Source of the DNA: Raillietiella orientalis
Lineage: Eukaryota
Assembly: GCA_036172245.1 (NCBI GenBank)
Contig: JAYWIR010000012.1
Coordinates: 1,674,001-1,738,000, forward strand
Length of the DNA: 64,000 nt
Reading direction: 5' to 3'
Made by a program: the position numbers and the translations under genes
Notes under the pieces: model-generated
Database searches by the model: none
Seen by the model: the letters and a program-made list of their open reading frames with translations, nothing else
What the model was told of the DNA's origin: nothing
Shown: one piece after another, positions 1 to 13,150 of the stretch
Layout of the letters: each line of letters begins with the position of its first letter
Position numbering within the stretch: the stretch's first letter is position 1

Positions 1-797
1 TCAGTGTAATTCTTCAGGATAGGGGGCACCCCGGGATGGGGGTCCGCCCTATGAATCCAGGAAGGGCTCGGAGTCCGTTCCTCTCACGCTTGGGGAGGGA
101 TTGCACCTCCCACCCTGGTTGTCTCCGAAGGGGAACCCTGAAGGGAATCTCCTTCCTCATTCTCTCTGGAGAGACACCCCCCTGGGAGAGGGGTGGTCCT
201 CTCCATTTCAACTTTTCCGAAGGGAACCCGGAAAGGATCCGCTTGTAGGAATTTCTTCTCCGGAGGGAACCCGCAAGGGAACCGCTCCTGTTCACTCCTC
301 TGAAGAGAACCCGAAGGGACGCTTCCGAAATTCCGAAGGGGCCCTGAAGCTTCTCGCAGGGAATCGCTCTCGCTTGCTTCCTTGTGCACACTCTGTGAAG
401 AGGCGACGACTCGGAGGGACCCCCACAACAGGGGGGGTCCGCTCCTTTGAACACCTGAAGAGGTGCCCGTGAGGGCTCCTGCTCCATCTTGAAACCGGAG
501 GGGTCCCCCGGTGGGGGGGTCCGCTCTCCGTTGTACGACCAGAGGGGGAACTCCCCACTCCTTTTTATTCCTGGGAAGACCCGAAGGTCAATTTCCCATT
601 GTTCCGCCCTTCATCGGCGGCCTCCGGCTTAATCCACCACCGGTACCACGCCCGAATGATTAGGCCAACTAGCACCATTGCAGGAGAAACTCGAAACCCA
701 AACGACTCAGTGGCGTCAGTTATCTGCCGAAGTATTCGAACCTGCGACGCATAGTGCCACGCGCGGAAGCCTTAACCACAAAGCCTCCGACGCGGGC
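1..797 (-). mobile_element. tRNA-derived SINE-like element, copy A (3' end runs off the window edge)
   Basis: The minus strand from 797 reads GGAGGCTTTGTGGTTAAGGC...GTCGCAGGTTCGAATAC, a tRNA-Ser/Leu-like D arm/A box plus B box. The body and hairpin array are colinear with 56060-56815. Confidence 0.75.
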
Positions 798-999
798 CCT
801 TTTGTCGAAAGAAGCAACTGAACAGTTCCTTGGGATCCTCATGCGGGAAGAACGGGCCGTGCTGCACTCGTTGCCATCCTCTCTGCAGGTCCAGGCATTC
901 CACGAGAAGATACGGAAACGTTTCTCTTCCACCTCATCTCTCGCAGTGAACACCTACTTTCCCCAGAGAGGACCTAGCTGAGGAGATCGTCTCTGAGTA

Positions 1000-1610
1000 A
1001 GATCCAATATATTGTTAATGCCAAAAGACGCAGGACTTTCGTAGGGATTCGCGACTGTTCCCAAAAATCGGGAGAAACTTCCACCGAGCGATCATGAAGG
1101 TCCATGCAAGTCTCCCTCCGGCCCAATCTCTTGGCCTCGGACACTTTCTGCTGCTGCCGAACTGGGTTTGCATCTTTCCAAAGGTACTTCTTTCTGGCCT
1201 CATGCCAGATCATCTATCGTGGAGATCTCCTCATCGTGGAGATCGGTCTGTGTCAGGCCTGCACTGAGGCACTGAGGCATTTTCGTGTGTGCCTGTAGCT
1301 CTGACTCTTCCTTTGCTTATTTCCCTCTTCCACAAGCTTTATGTCTTTCGGAGACGTCGTATATCCTGTAGTTTCTCTCTGGCTCCAGGAGCTTGCATCC
1401 AATGGTTCATTGGTGGCGTCTGCCAGGTACGATGTCCAGTCGTGCGGCAACTCTTTGCCTCTGATGTTTGTCGAGTACCTCGGCTACCTCTTTGAAAGAA
1501 GCAGCCAGCTTCCCTCTGACGCGCCAGATGCAGTTGCAAGGACGAAAAAATCTTTCTGGAACATCGGGTCTGCGGGGATGTTCCGACGGTCCCTCGGACT
1601 CTCGCTTTAA
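1000..1610 (+). mobile_element. Decayed non-LTR retrotransposon reverse transcriptase fragment
   Basis: Frameshifted pieces IGLCQAC (cf. GLRQGC) and FVEYLGYLF...DAPDAVARTKKSF (cf. the KYLG...D....I.KA...F thumb region). Confidence 0.45.
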
Positions 1611-3001
1611 CTTCCCAAGAGTGAAAAAGATGCGGAGGGTGAGTGCACCCTGCCCTGCATTCTGTCCCAGAGAAAAGCTCTCCAGGGATGCTTCCGTTTG
1701 TCACCTCTCCACAAAACTCCACTCGCACGGGTGCGATAAAAGCGCCCCCTGTTAGGTTCACCCACGCCCGGTGCGCTTCTGGAACGGGAAGCTTCATCCG
1801 TCGGGATGACTCCTGCTACCTGAACCTCCCTGTCCCTTATGCATAGGCATCTCCCGCCCCTGCTCGCGTGCCATCATCCCACTCAGTGAGCCTCAGCATC
1901 GATAAGGCACCGAGATCTTCCCGCCTGAGCAAGGGACGCCTGTAGAAACACCGTGAGCGGTCTCCATGGACTTCGAGCCAGCCTCCTGTCCGAAGATGGA
2001 GAAAATGGATTCTACGTTTAGGAATTTCTTCCAAGTTTTCCCCCCTTGAGATTTCCATGATGTGCACGCTGCTTAGTTACCCTGCAAGGAATACACTCCC
2101 GTGGCAAGATCTGATTTGGTGGAGGATGCAACTGGGACGTGAGCAAAGCGCGGGGAGAAGGTGGCTTCAGCTGATGTGGCGGTTGGTTCACGAAGATCCT
2201 AGAGGGAATCTCTGCAGCTTCCTTGGTCAGGAGGTGGAAACCACGGAGCAGCGAGGATTCCTACCGAATAACAATGGGGCATTTATTTATCACGAAGGGA
2301 CACGCAAAAGTCGGTGGGATGTTGCGTCCCGCCGGCTATAACGCTTCTTGAAGGGTGACGGTGAGGTCCGCAACGGGAGCGAAGGGAAATGGGGAAAAAG
2401 AAAAGAAACACGAATGAAGCAAAAAGGGATTGTCTGTAGGATAAGAAAGGGATAGAATTCGGTTTCTTCGGATCCCCTGCATCTTTTGCGGATTGCCGGC
2501 CAGCTGCCCCCGATAGCGTCCCAGGTGGGCCCATCTCGACGCGAGCCGCAGGATCGGGGTTTGCCAAGTGTGAGCGGCTTGGCTGCCATGGCATCCCTCT
2601 TCAGAGACAGCAGAGGGGTAACTGTAGCTGCTGCAGAGGCAGGTGGACTCTGGGGCTGACGGGGAGGACTACGGAAGGACGTCCCCCCAATGCTCAGAGG
2701 ACAATATAATGCACTAACAGGCAAGGTAAGGATTCCAACTCCTCTCACTCGTCACAGTTCGGCGTGACCCTTCCCCTCGGTCAGTTGTGGAGGGGCGCTT
2801 GTCGACAGGAGTCAGTGGGCACCTGGATCCGCATCCCGGAGACCAAAGCCATCCCACGATTCCTCCCACTTACATCCCGTGAGCAGTCTCCCTGGAGGAA
2901 GTGGAAAGGGACGAAAAGAAGTGGATACGAGTCACTGCCAGTCCCCTAGGCGCAGTTCTGTTCTCCCCATAGGAGAGAAACGATAGCTGCCAACCGGCAG
3001 G

Positions 3002-3364
3002 GTGGGTGACCTCGTAGCAGAGGCGGCGAACATGATGGGCCGATGGACTGACGTGGAGGCACCTAGAGCACACGCTAGAAACAGCTACTTCTCAGGGTGG
3101 AATAGCTTGACGTTGCACCCTTGGGGATTGTCACCCGTCCCCTCTATCTGGACAGCTCCCTGCTCCCTCTCAGGTGATAGCATTAAGAGACTGCTGTTCG
3201 CGCACTGGGATCCCCCGCACAGCCAGCGGTGGCATCGATGGCCGGAGAACAGCACCTCTTTCAATAGTGCCAGCTGTGGGGAAACGGAAGCTTCCACGCA
3301 ACCGCTGTTGGACGGCTGTGACCTTCGGAACGCATGGAAACGCCTCGCGGCTTTCCTACTTTGA
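3002..3364 (+). mobile_element. Decayed LINE ORF2 C-terminal Cys/His (zf-RVT-like) fragment
   Basis: SASCGETEASTQPLLDGCDLRNAWKRL matches the CxxCG..E...HLLL.C..LR..W pattern. A T-rich tract follows at about 3640-3790. Confidence 0.5.
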
Positions 3365-4064
3365 TCTGAAGACACTCCAGAAGACTTCCGCGGTGCTCCT
3401 CAGGATGAGCTTTTGCTTGCTTCCCCGATCGCTCCATCCCGTGTAACGTCAAGACCGTGGTGTCTTTGGGCATGTAGAAGGCACTCCAGCAAGTAAGCAA
3501 GACCACTTGCCTCAACTCCACAGTGCCAAGGACATGACCTTTGAAGAATTCCAGATGATGAAGGAAGTCTCCTGCAATGCAGGCAGGTCAAAGAAGACGC
3601 AGCAGACGTGTCCGGTGACCCCCGTCCCTTCCTCCCCTTTTACTTATCTATTTATTGTCCCCACTCTTCTGTGTACTCAGCCTGCGAGTCGGAGGTTTTG
3701 TTTTGTTCTGTTTTTTTCCTCTCCTTTGATGTTTTGTTTAGTGGATCTTCTGATCTACATGGCCTATTTGCTTTTCCTTTTTCTGGAAAAGAAACATCCC
3801 GGCGTGACCGAGTGAAAAGCTGCTTGATTGGGGAGCAGGAATACACTGAGCTGTCCACGATCACAGGGAGGATTTCAGCTTCTCAAGTGGGCTGATGAAG
3901 AGCACATCTCAACGAAGAATTCCTTTGGAAAAGGTCCATGTTGTTGCAGCGTAGAAAGCTAAAAAGAAAAGCTAAGAAAGCTAGGCTGCAGTCGAGCCAC
4001 CACTGGGTTTCTTGCGACCCGAGATGTCTCCAGGATTCTCTTGCCTTGCTGGTAAGCAGATGCC

Positions 4065-4560
4065 GTGAGCCTTGACAACTCTGGAACCCCTGCGGCAAAG
4101 AGGGCGTCTGTCCAGCAGGTGCAGCTCCCTGTCCACCTGCTCCACTGTTCTCCTGGCATATCGACGGAATTGCCTGCAGCTGGTAACTTCAACGTGGCCT
4201 TAGTGCCGTGGTCAATCCACGTTTTCACTGTCTCCCGCCGCCAAGACTGTTTTTCTACTGTTCTTGGGAAGACAGGAGATCCACGAGTGTTGAGTCCTCA
4301 GAGCGGCTGCCACTAGCCCCTCTGCAATAGCGCAACGCGAGCCACGATGCTTCAAGGAAGAAACTGCACTGCCGGAAGTGTTGAGACCAGTGCTTCCAGT
4401 AGCTTCTGCCGAGGAGGTCAAGGGTTCCTTTGAGCCAAATAACTTGGGAGTGGAGAAGAGATGGATAACATGGTGGTTCGCACGGCCCATGTGAAAGTTG
4501 CCCATCATGTCCTGAGTCAAAGTTCCAACTGCTTGCCTAGTATGATGGAAATCCTCTTGG
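4065..4560 (+). mobile_element. Decayed LINE apurinic-like endonuclease (APE) fragment
   Basis: AAGNFNVAL (cf. GDFN) and RMDNMVV...SNCLPSMMEI (cf. RID..LV...SDH.PV) occur in the expected order. Confidence 0.4.
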
Positions 4561-4985
4561 GTTCTCCCTCTTTCACTGCTTTTCTTCCAGCTTTTTCTTT
4601 TTCTTTTGGTTCTCAAGGTGCGCTGAAGAACCGTTCGCCTCCTGGAGAGGCGACCTCCAGAGGGAATATCAACCAGATCCATTCTCATAGTCTAAGACAA
4701 GCCCCGAAGGGCTCTTTGATTTCTCAAAGGACTACGGATGGTCGATTTCTAATCCCGGAGGCCAGTCAATGGAGACATCTGGTTCCCGGCTTCCACCAAT
4801 GCCCAAGCCCACAGACCAATCAGCCTCGTCCTGCGGAGGAGGCACTCGAAGCACACGATGTACCCCGCGTTCTCGGCGGTGGTTCTTCCCCAGGAGGGAT
4901 TCGAACCCGCGACGTTCCGGTGCCACCAAGCACCGAGACCGCAGCCACGCGGACACCAACGCTGGCCGTGTGGCCACAGCTGCTG
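4560..4985 (-). mobile_element. SINE-like element copy B, internally deleted (head and tail, no hairpin array)
   Basis: Head at about 4890-4985 with B box GGGTTCGAATCCC on the minus strand. Positions 4570-4640 match the tail of copies E and G (ACGGTTCTTCRGC...CCTTGRGAACC). Confidence 0.7.
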
Positions 4986-6184
4986 TCTTCCTCCGCGTCT
5001 CCCCGCCTTCCTCTTCCTGGACTCCACAGCTGGAAGGATAGGCAGGATTACTCCCCTGGAAAGCCGTGCTTCCCGGAGTCCCTGGCGCTCAGAGTCCTCT
5101 CCCTTGCGTCCCTCGAAGCGCAGGAGGGTTTCATGGGAGTCCACAGCCTCCGAGATTCCGATCACGCCAACTTGTATGCTGAGCGGTAATTTCCATGCTT
5201 TCGTTTAAGCAGAGTTCCTAACAAGAAGGAAAGGAGCCTGTGTGGGTTATTTATCGCTCGCCTTACGGTCCGTCGGTGCCTCCATCCTGAGCGCCACCCA
5301 TCACTGGGAAACGCCGGGTCTCCCGGGAACTCGTCCATGACTGTCTCGCTGGAGGCGCTCTTGATTTACTGTCCCCCGCTCCCACCGATGCTTTGTTCCA
5401 TTTTTTTTTTTTCCCCGCTCGACCTTCCAGATTGCGGGGCAACGTGTCACGCATCTCGCTCTCCCCGCACGCCCTTGCGGCCCTTCAGCTCCCTTCCTCC
5501 TCCGAGCTCGCTAGTCGGGATTCGAATTTTAAGCGGATTCCCATTGCGACTGACTCCGGCAGGGAGACACAGCGAACAGGACCCGCCCGCATTTCCTGTC
5601 CAGGTTCCAGCTCGATGGAAGGCTCCAGTCGCCGGAAGCACTGGGATCTATACGTCCCTCCTGCAGACCCTCTTTACGTAGGGTGGCCACGATGGACTTT
5701 TTTTTTCCACTCGATCACGAACGAGGGCGTCCATCTAACAGAAATGAATAAACCAGTCGGTTTCCAACCGAAGGCGAAAGAATTTCGAGAAGATAGCTCA
5801 CCGACATCCAAGTAGGGACATCTCAAAATAGGGAACGGAAAAGGGAGGACAATAAGTAAACAGAGGGAGGTGGGACAACCGTTTTTGTTCATTCCTGCTG
5901 TTGAGAACTGGAGCTGGATGCCGGTCGATCTCCGCCGTCACTTCCTCTTCCGGGTGAGACCACCTCGCAGCCATCCCCATGTGCGTGGCTGCTATGCGGG
6001 TGACCTCCCTTCGCTGTGCCTGCGTCTCCAGCCCATGGCGGACCGTCGTGACGAAGGCGCGGATGCAACTAGTCATTGCGATCACTGCGCCAGTGAACAG
6101 TCCGTCAGGTACGAAGAGCCGCTGCGGTAGGTCACGAGAAATGGTGTCCCCTTGGTTCAGGAGCGGTGATGCCAGCCTCTTTCA

Positions 6185-6340
6185 ATGCTCCTGAAGAGCA
6201 CCGCAGTCCAACAGCAGGTGAGAGATGGAGTCCGGCCCACACCTGGCACAGTTCGGAAATGCCACTCCCTGTCCCCTCCGGCAACGAGGGTACAGGCGCC
6301 GATTGCGCTGGAGTCCCCAATGCAGGAAACTGCTTCCACG
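6185..6340 (-). mobile_element. Decayed LINE ORF2 C-terminal Cys/His fragment
   Basis: The reverse complement is homologous to 14890-15010 and 18985-19110 (…TGTGCCAGG…CACCTGCTGTTGGACTGCGG = HLLLDCG). Confidence 0.5.
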
Positions 6341-8289
6341 TCACAGGGAACGCAAAAGTGTTCAAACATCCAGTAAGGACCACAAGTTCTTTAGAGGGCA
6401 ACACTTGACGGTTTGAACCCCACCGGAGTCCCTCCTCTTGGAAACACGGAATTACGTCACCGGCCTTCTCGCGCGTCTCCCAGCCTCCAAGGAGTTTCGT
6501 CTTTCCTGCGGCGGTGCAGAAAAATTCCCATCTCGCCGGTAGGCAACTATCTTCGCTTGCCCTCAGGAAAGAGAGCGCTACGGGCATCCAGCATCGGCCA
6601 CTTCATCGAGTCCTGCTTCACCGCTTGGAAAGGATAGCTGAGGAAGAATTGCAAAGGTGGGAGCATTCCTTGGAGCACAGGCCAGGAAACGACCTCCTCC
6701 TGCCTCCAAGCAACACAGTTCAGAGAGAGACAGATGATCCACGGATGAGCTCCCAGGAGGGGAGACGAGTCGCCTCAGGGCCATTCCATCTCCCAAATGT
6801 CCTCACTGGGAGCTCGGCAGCAGCGAAGGACTGATCTTCGTGCATGGTACCAAGTGGTGCCCTCAGCGAACATGGGAAGGATGAAGCGTGCTGGCGCACA
6901 CCACGGGAAAAGTCCAATCTTGGGGCAAGGTACCAGCATTGGGAGCTGCACCTACAGCCCGATTCCCTCCAGCATCAGGATGCCGGCCCGCATGCTCACC
7001 GGCACGTGGACAGTTTTTGAGCGACGGCCTACTCTCTTGGTGGCTCGATCAACTGAGTGAGGAGTTTCCTCGAAGGTCGTGAAATAGCCCTGCTGCGACG
7101 AGGGCGATGGCGGCACCAAAGACGATGGTAAAAGCTGACAACGGCGATAGCGACGGGGATGGCAACCAAAGTGGCACCCAGGCACCTCTTGAGGCTTTGC
7201 GATTTCCTGGAAACGAAACCTGAAAAGCCGGAAGACGAGTCTGTGTGTGCGAGCGTGTGTGCCCTGCACACGCGCGCGCGTGTAGAGGAACCGGTTTTCC
7301 TTACACTTTCCTTGGCAGAAACTGAAAATTCCGAAATTCAAACCTCGTTCATCAGAGAACGCCGAACCAGCCACCTCCGCAGCGGTCCGGCTTTATTGCC
7401 GGCATCCGTGACTTGCGCGAAAGGAACCTACTGGCTGCCTCCTTTAGAGAGTGAAGATAAGCCTTCTTTATCTCGCGAATCCTTCCGCTGGAAACCCGCT
7501 CATTCATGGATTGGCTCATTAAGGAGTTGCCTAGCAAACGTGGATTTATGGTTGAAATAATGCTGTCAAGCGCAATTGAGTATCCGAACGACCATAATAG
7601 AAAAGAGAATCACTTCATAAATATTCCAGACGAACTTTATTTCATCCCTTCTCTTTTCTGCATAAGTTTATGGCTCTGCGAAGTTAAATTTATGGAAAGG
7701 TCACCATCAGGGAGCTTAATCGTCTGCTGACTCTTCTTTCATGGCTCCACTCGGTTTTGTCACTCAGGGTTCGTTGTTTGGAGAATGCGATTCTCGGCAA
7801 GAGCGAGCTGAAGGGAGATTTACGCTCGCGGCAGCGGCTGAGGCCACCCGACGTCGGTGTGGACAACATTGGCCAAGAGTGGCTAATACGGCACGAAGGG
7901 AGCTGCAGCGACGGAAGTCTCGCATGGTGAGGAGCCGCCAAGATTCGAACGAGCCCCTAGCTCGGCTCTATGGGAGCGAATATGAGTCTTCTTTTGCTCC
8001 GTTTCCATCGAGAAGCAAGATGACCATCGCTGCGCTACTGCCACGCCATTCGCAGCTGGCTCCAAGCTAAGTCTTGAGGCCACTAAAGACTATTCGTTAG
8101 CTTGGATGCAGCCGAGTGTCTTCCCAGCACCAAGGCATTTCTCAGCGTGGGTCCTCCACGTAGGGGGATCCGTTCACTACGGGGATATCACGCGCAGAGA
8201 TCGCAGTCACGAGAACAACCATCCACACTCAGAGGCTTTCACTGCTTGGCAGCACTTGAAAGGGAAGGGCAGTCGCCCAGGAGCAAGGA

Positions 8290-8600
8290 TGCGCGTTGCA
8301 ATGGGGATGCCGTGGGGAAGGCCCCAAATCCGCAACCTGGAGATGAAATCTTCGGAAACCAAGCGAAGGCAACCTACAGCGTTTACAGTTTTCAAGAACA
8401 GGTCGATGGAGGTCGTCGAGTTAAGAACCATCCCATTACAGTCTTGTCCGCATCTACGGAGTATTGGACGGCGTTTGAGGAAAAGAACTTTGGGTCTCTC
8501 TTCTCCAAAGAGACTCTTCAGGATAAGGGAGAGGGGAGCTCCACCTGCTTCTGCTTTTTCCAAAGCCGTGACACCTTGACCAGACACGATGCTGGTCCGC
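8290..8600 (+). mobile_element. Decayed LINE RT N-terminal fragment
   Basis: GKAP, then VKNHPITVLS (cf. KNYRPI.LL), then frameshifted FSKAV (cf. DFSKAFD). Confidence 0.5.
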
Positions 8601-11497
8601 AAAGTCCAAGCACAAGTGAATTGTGTTTCTCTTTCGCCCTCTAGTCTTCAGGCTATTCCCCATGTCAGGATCAGCACTTGGACGTAGAAGAGGAAACCAG
8701 AGGCGACTCAACGTGAGACATGCATCATCTCTGCCCGGCAACGCCTTGCAGGTTCCTTCACGCTCCTTGTCGCCACCTTTCTGATGCCTGGACCCGCTCG
8801 CGTTCCACAGTATCTGGTACGCCTGTAATGGAGGGAAGCGAATGAATGAGCCGCGGACGAAAGCATCCAGAGGATCGAGATTCAGACCACATCGTGAAAT
8901 TCGGAAGCTGAGCTCGAGGCAATCTCTTTGCACCCCTTTCAAGGAGGTTCCCTTGGTTTCGGAGTTTCAGTGCGACATAACCTGGTGACCGGAAACAGGG
9001 GCAGCCTAAACAGGGAATGTCTACCAAAAGCAAGACAAAAACGATCGCCTTTCCTGTAGGATTTTCGAGTCACCTTGACGAACCCGGGATGGATTCTCCG
9101 CGTGTGCTCTCTCCGTACGGAAGACCTTTTTGCTTCAGCCCCACCCGCCCAGATGTCAGACGCAGGGGCAAAGCAGGAAACCCGAAGCCAAGCTCAAACA
9201 GGAGTGAAAATCTCAAGAAAGGAGCAGATCCTGAAGGTAGCGCTTCTGAGTCTGGTCCGGAGAGATGAGACACAACGAAGCAGGGAAACAGAAACTTCCA
9301 TTCGAGAGCGGGAAATGACCCGCGCTCGGTCGCTTCATGGAAACACAGATTCCAACCGTGATCCAGCCTCGAAGAACAGGCTGAGCTTTCCGCTCAAATT
9401 CATCTCTCCAGTCCTTTCGGGATCCTTGAAGATCCCCCCCAACATCGGAAGACTATCTAAAGTTCATCCCTTGGATACTGTCTCTACGAAAAGCTCTTAG
9501 TAAGTCCGGCATCTTCAGGTCGAATTTTCTGTGTTCTTCAGCAGCTCCAGGAGTCCCCACAGATTTCCCTTACAACTCTTCGATCCCCTTCACGAACGCA
9601 CCCCTTAGCGTGCAGGTCCCGAGGAAATCTTTCCGCAAAAAACGTGCGCCGCTGGGTCCAGTAGCAGAAGCATCGTGTGTCAGGCAATGACGCTGATTTA
9701 TCTGAAGCCATTAGAGTAATGCTGCCGGCTGCGAACGGTGTAAAGCGGTGAAGCAGCGTGCGTGTGAAGGATTGAGTTCCAATCGGAAGCTACCATCCGG
9801 CAAGCACATCTTACCCTCGATGAACGAGGTGAGAAAGCCTTGCCTCCGAGCAGCCGCGGACGGGGTCCCGCTTGGCCAAGGCAGAGGCAGGCAGGAAGCT
9901 GGGGATCCCCTTCGCAGCCCACCAGACTCGACAACGTGATAAATTATGCGCTCGCGGGACCCCAGCATCGCCGGCTTCGAATCTTTGGTTCATAATAATT
10001 TCCAGTCACGGAAGAGGATCGTTTAGCCTGTTTCTTCGTGGATTTTTCCGGGCTGCTGCAACGCCCGGGAGGACCGAGGAGACGAAGTTCCAGCATCCAT
10101 CAATAATGGTTACCGTCTTCCCGCTCAGAACGGGGGAGCGCCGCGCCTCGAATTCGGAAATGAATTCGGGATTCGCGCCGATTTGATGGACAGGTTCCAA
10201 GCGGGGAGATCCAAAATGATCAATGGGTATTTTCGCCGGAGTAATGGATGAGAGTTGTTTTTTAATCGGTCCATTCCATGCTTCCTATCGCTGCTCTCGC
10301 CAACAAACCTGGAGGGTTTAAGGGGCAGAAAGGAGAACGGACGAGAGTAGGGAATCTTTTTTTTTTGAAGGAGGAGGGAGAGGGAACCCCTAGTTATCTA
10401 ATGGAATTCGAGAGTCGAAGTGGACTTCCTACACACATGGAGTGCGCAGTAGAAGTGTGGCAAGGGTCTTCCTCTGCTTTGAGTCATTGAGGCTGGCACT
10501 TGTCTCCCGTTCCTATTCCCTCTTCGTTACCAGGCTCAAGCGTGTGCGGCTTCCTCTAAGGTGGGAATAGAAACTCATGCAGCAGGACTCAGCCTCGGGT
10601 CTCTGAGCGAGTCTCACTCCTCGATGTTCCCCCTGCTGACTCCTGGAGTATCTGGTAGAGGTTTGTGATGGCCCTCCGACTCCAGGTGGACTACCCCAGG
10701 AGACGTTGAAGTGCCTTTGTGCGAAGTGTCGCTGCTGCCGTGGCCGTCATCATAACTCCCTGCTGCCTCCGCGGAATAGGGACGTCTTGAAGCTGCGCCG
10801 AAGGGGATCATGCCATCGGAGACTCCATCCCCGTCGTTGATTCCTTCTTTAGAGTCACGGCGAGATGTCTGCGCTTGACGAGACCTGAGGAGGACCATGA
10901 TGGCATTTTTCAGAAGATGCAGAGGCCTCCAGAGAGAATGGCCTGTGATCCCTTTCCTTGCCTCCTATTCCACCATACGCACAGGCACTGACTTTATTTT
11001 TTCCCCCTCCCTCCCACCCTTCCCGAAGCGGACCTCACTCTTCAGCCTGCTGGATGGCATGGGACGCCTCTTGCATGAGGTGACATTTAAAAACCCACCA
11101 TCGATGAGTGACCACTGATCGTTTATCTGTAAATATTCTCTTGTAATAAACACCCCGAGGTCACCTGGAACAAAGAAGAATGCCACGGATCGTCTTGGAG
11201 GAGGAAAACATCCTGGGTCACATTCTCAGCAGCAACGTCCACGGCCTGAGCACTTGTGAGTAACCCAAATCGAGAAGCCTGCACCAGAGCGTTGGTGGGC
11301 AGCTCGTGGCCGGCGTCTGAGTGCTTCAGGGGATGAGAAAATTCCGCTGGACTTTCACTGGCTTTCCACGAGCGCTCACCAACAGCATTGGAAGAGGCGA
11401 GGCAGGAGAAGAGTGGGCGCCGAAAGCCGCTTTAGAGGTCGCCTCTGGAGAGGTTCCTGGCACCGTGTAAGCAATCATAGCATTGATTTCCATTGTG

Positions 11498-12235
11498 ACC
11501 GCGGCCACACGGCGCTCGCTGGCGGCTCGTGTGGCTGCGGTCTCCGTGCGCGGCACCAGGTGTTGCGGGTTTGAATCCCGCCCGGGGAAGAATCAAACCC
11601 CGAGAACGGCGGTGCGTTGTGGGGTGGAGCTGCTTGGGCGCTGATTAGACCGCAGTCTGCGGTGGCACTGGTGGAAGCCGGATACCGGATGCTCCCGATG
11701 CGTGGCCGGGATTGGATTCTTTGGGATCCTCCCAGGGATCCAAGAGCCCTTTGGGGATCCCCTCTGGTTGTGAAAAATGGGACTGTCCCTCCCCCTCGGG
11801 AGGATCCTCCATCGCGTACCATAGGGCTGGTTGATATCTCTTCAGAGTGTAAGAAGGGCGCTTCTCCCTTCGGGGAGAGCCCTTCAGAGAAATTGGGAAG
11901 CGCTCCTCTTTGGGGTTCTCTTCAGAGAAGGAAACAGGAAGCGATTCCCTTGCGGGTTCCCTCCAGAGAAGAAATTCCGGGAGCAGATCCTTTCGGGATT
12001 CCCTTCGAAGAAGAGAAAAGAAGAACGACCCCCATTACGGGGGTCCCTCCAGAGACAACCAGGCAGAGGGTTCCCTTCGGGGTCCCTCCCAAGCGTAAGA
12101 GGAAAGGACTCCTTCCTTCCTTCGGAGTCTTCCTGGATTCAGAGTATGGTTCCAACGAGGTCATCCCTTAACTTGAAGAGTTACACGCACCCTCAGATGG
12201 TGTGAACAGCCTTAAAGAGCTTTGCGAGTGCCTAA
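11498..12235 (+). mobile_element. SINE-like element copy C (near full length)
   Basis: Head GGCCACACGG...CGTGTGGCTGCGG...GGGTTTGAATCCC, seven ~40-bp hairpin units at 11838-12130, and the shared tail AACTTGAAGAGTTAC... Confidence 0.8.
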
Positions 12236-12929
12236 GCTTACGGTGCTTGAATGCTTAGAAAAATGATCTGGTCATCAGCTTGCAAAAAAAAAAAAAAACG
12301 GAGCATCGTGTGGATCCTCGACGAGCAATCACAGTAGGGATCTCGAGAGCCCATCCAGTAATGAGCTGCTGAGGAATTCGGCCCCAGAAAAGAGGATCAG
12401 TAAGTCGAAAGAGAAATAATGTGTTCTTGAGCGTGCAGAATACCCTCGATGCGCCTCAGGTTGGGTCATCATCATCGCTTCTCCGAAGTCATGGAAGAAC
12501 CTCGAGGAAGCACAGGGAGAGGAAGAGAACAGGCGGGTAGAAAACCTCCCCCTTGCGCTTCTCTGCTCCCCTGCCCCCCATTCCTCTCACTTGCATAAGC
12601 ACCGTGTCTTCTATGGAGGAACACGAAAGACCTCTCAGGCAGCAAGTCGGCAGGCGTCCTGCAGGATCTCAGGACAGAAAAAAAATCGTTGGGATGCTCG
12701 ACAGCTCGTCAACTGACTGACGCTCCGCTCCTTCTGGCATCCTCAAAAGGACTCCTTCCCTGAGGCGGATCCCCTCGAAATTCCGTTGGAAGACGTAGCA
12801 CTCCTGAGGCATCTCTTGGACAGCTCCTTGAGCCCCCTGAGGTGGCACGACCGGAACTCGAAGGATTCGGCATTGGGATTGTCACATGGGGCTGTTCCAG
12901 CAAGGCACGCCGTCGCCACCGTGTGCTGA

Positions 12930-13150
12930 GGGGGTAGGGTTGCGGGATGGCTCCAGACTGTGCCAGGCGCGACAGAAGGGGAGCCTTTCCTGCAGGTCTA
13001 CTGTTCCTGGGTGCTCGGTCGCCTCCCTAAACTCACCAGGAGGCGACCCAAAGAACACGCTGAGACGCCATCTCTACACGCGTGGCGCAGCATCGTCCGC
13101 GGCTCCATCGCGGCTTTGCGCTGCCTCCGTGGGGCCATGGAGGCAAGAAG
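12930..13150 (+). mobile_element. Decayed LINE ORF2 3' fragment (same family as 14860-15160)
   Basis: Shares GAC(T/C)GTGCCAGGCGCG and CACGCG...TGCGC(T/C)GCCTCCGTGGG with 14950-15147. Confidence 0.5.

Noticed and set aside
245..340. Hammerhead-ribozyme-like CTGAAGA...CGAAA core in the SINE array (also near 56391)
   Set aside because: It lies antisense to the Pol III head, has an extra base before GAAA, and stem I does not pair at the cleavage site.
11500..11580. HDV-like ribozyme (GGCCACA.../CTCGCTGGC) at the SINE 5' end
   Set aside because: No P2 or J4/2 elements are identifiable and the L3-like sequence is not conserved among copies. A tRNA D-arm explains the region better.
11838..12130. 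CRISPR array
   Set aside because: The repeats are degenerate, the spacers are only ~15 nt and recur in the same order across dispersed copies, no cas genes are present, and the context is eukaryotic.
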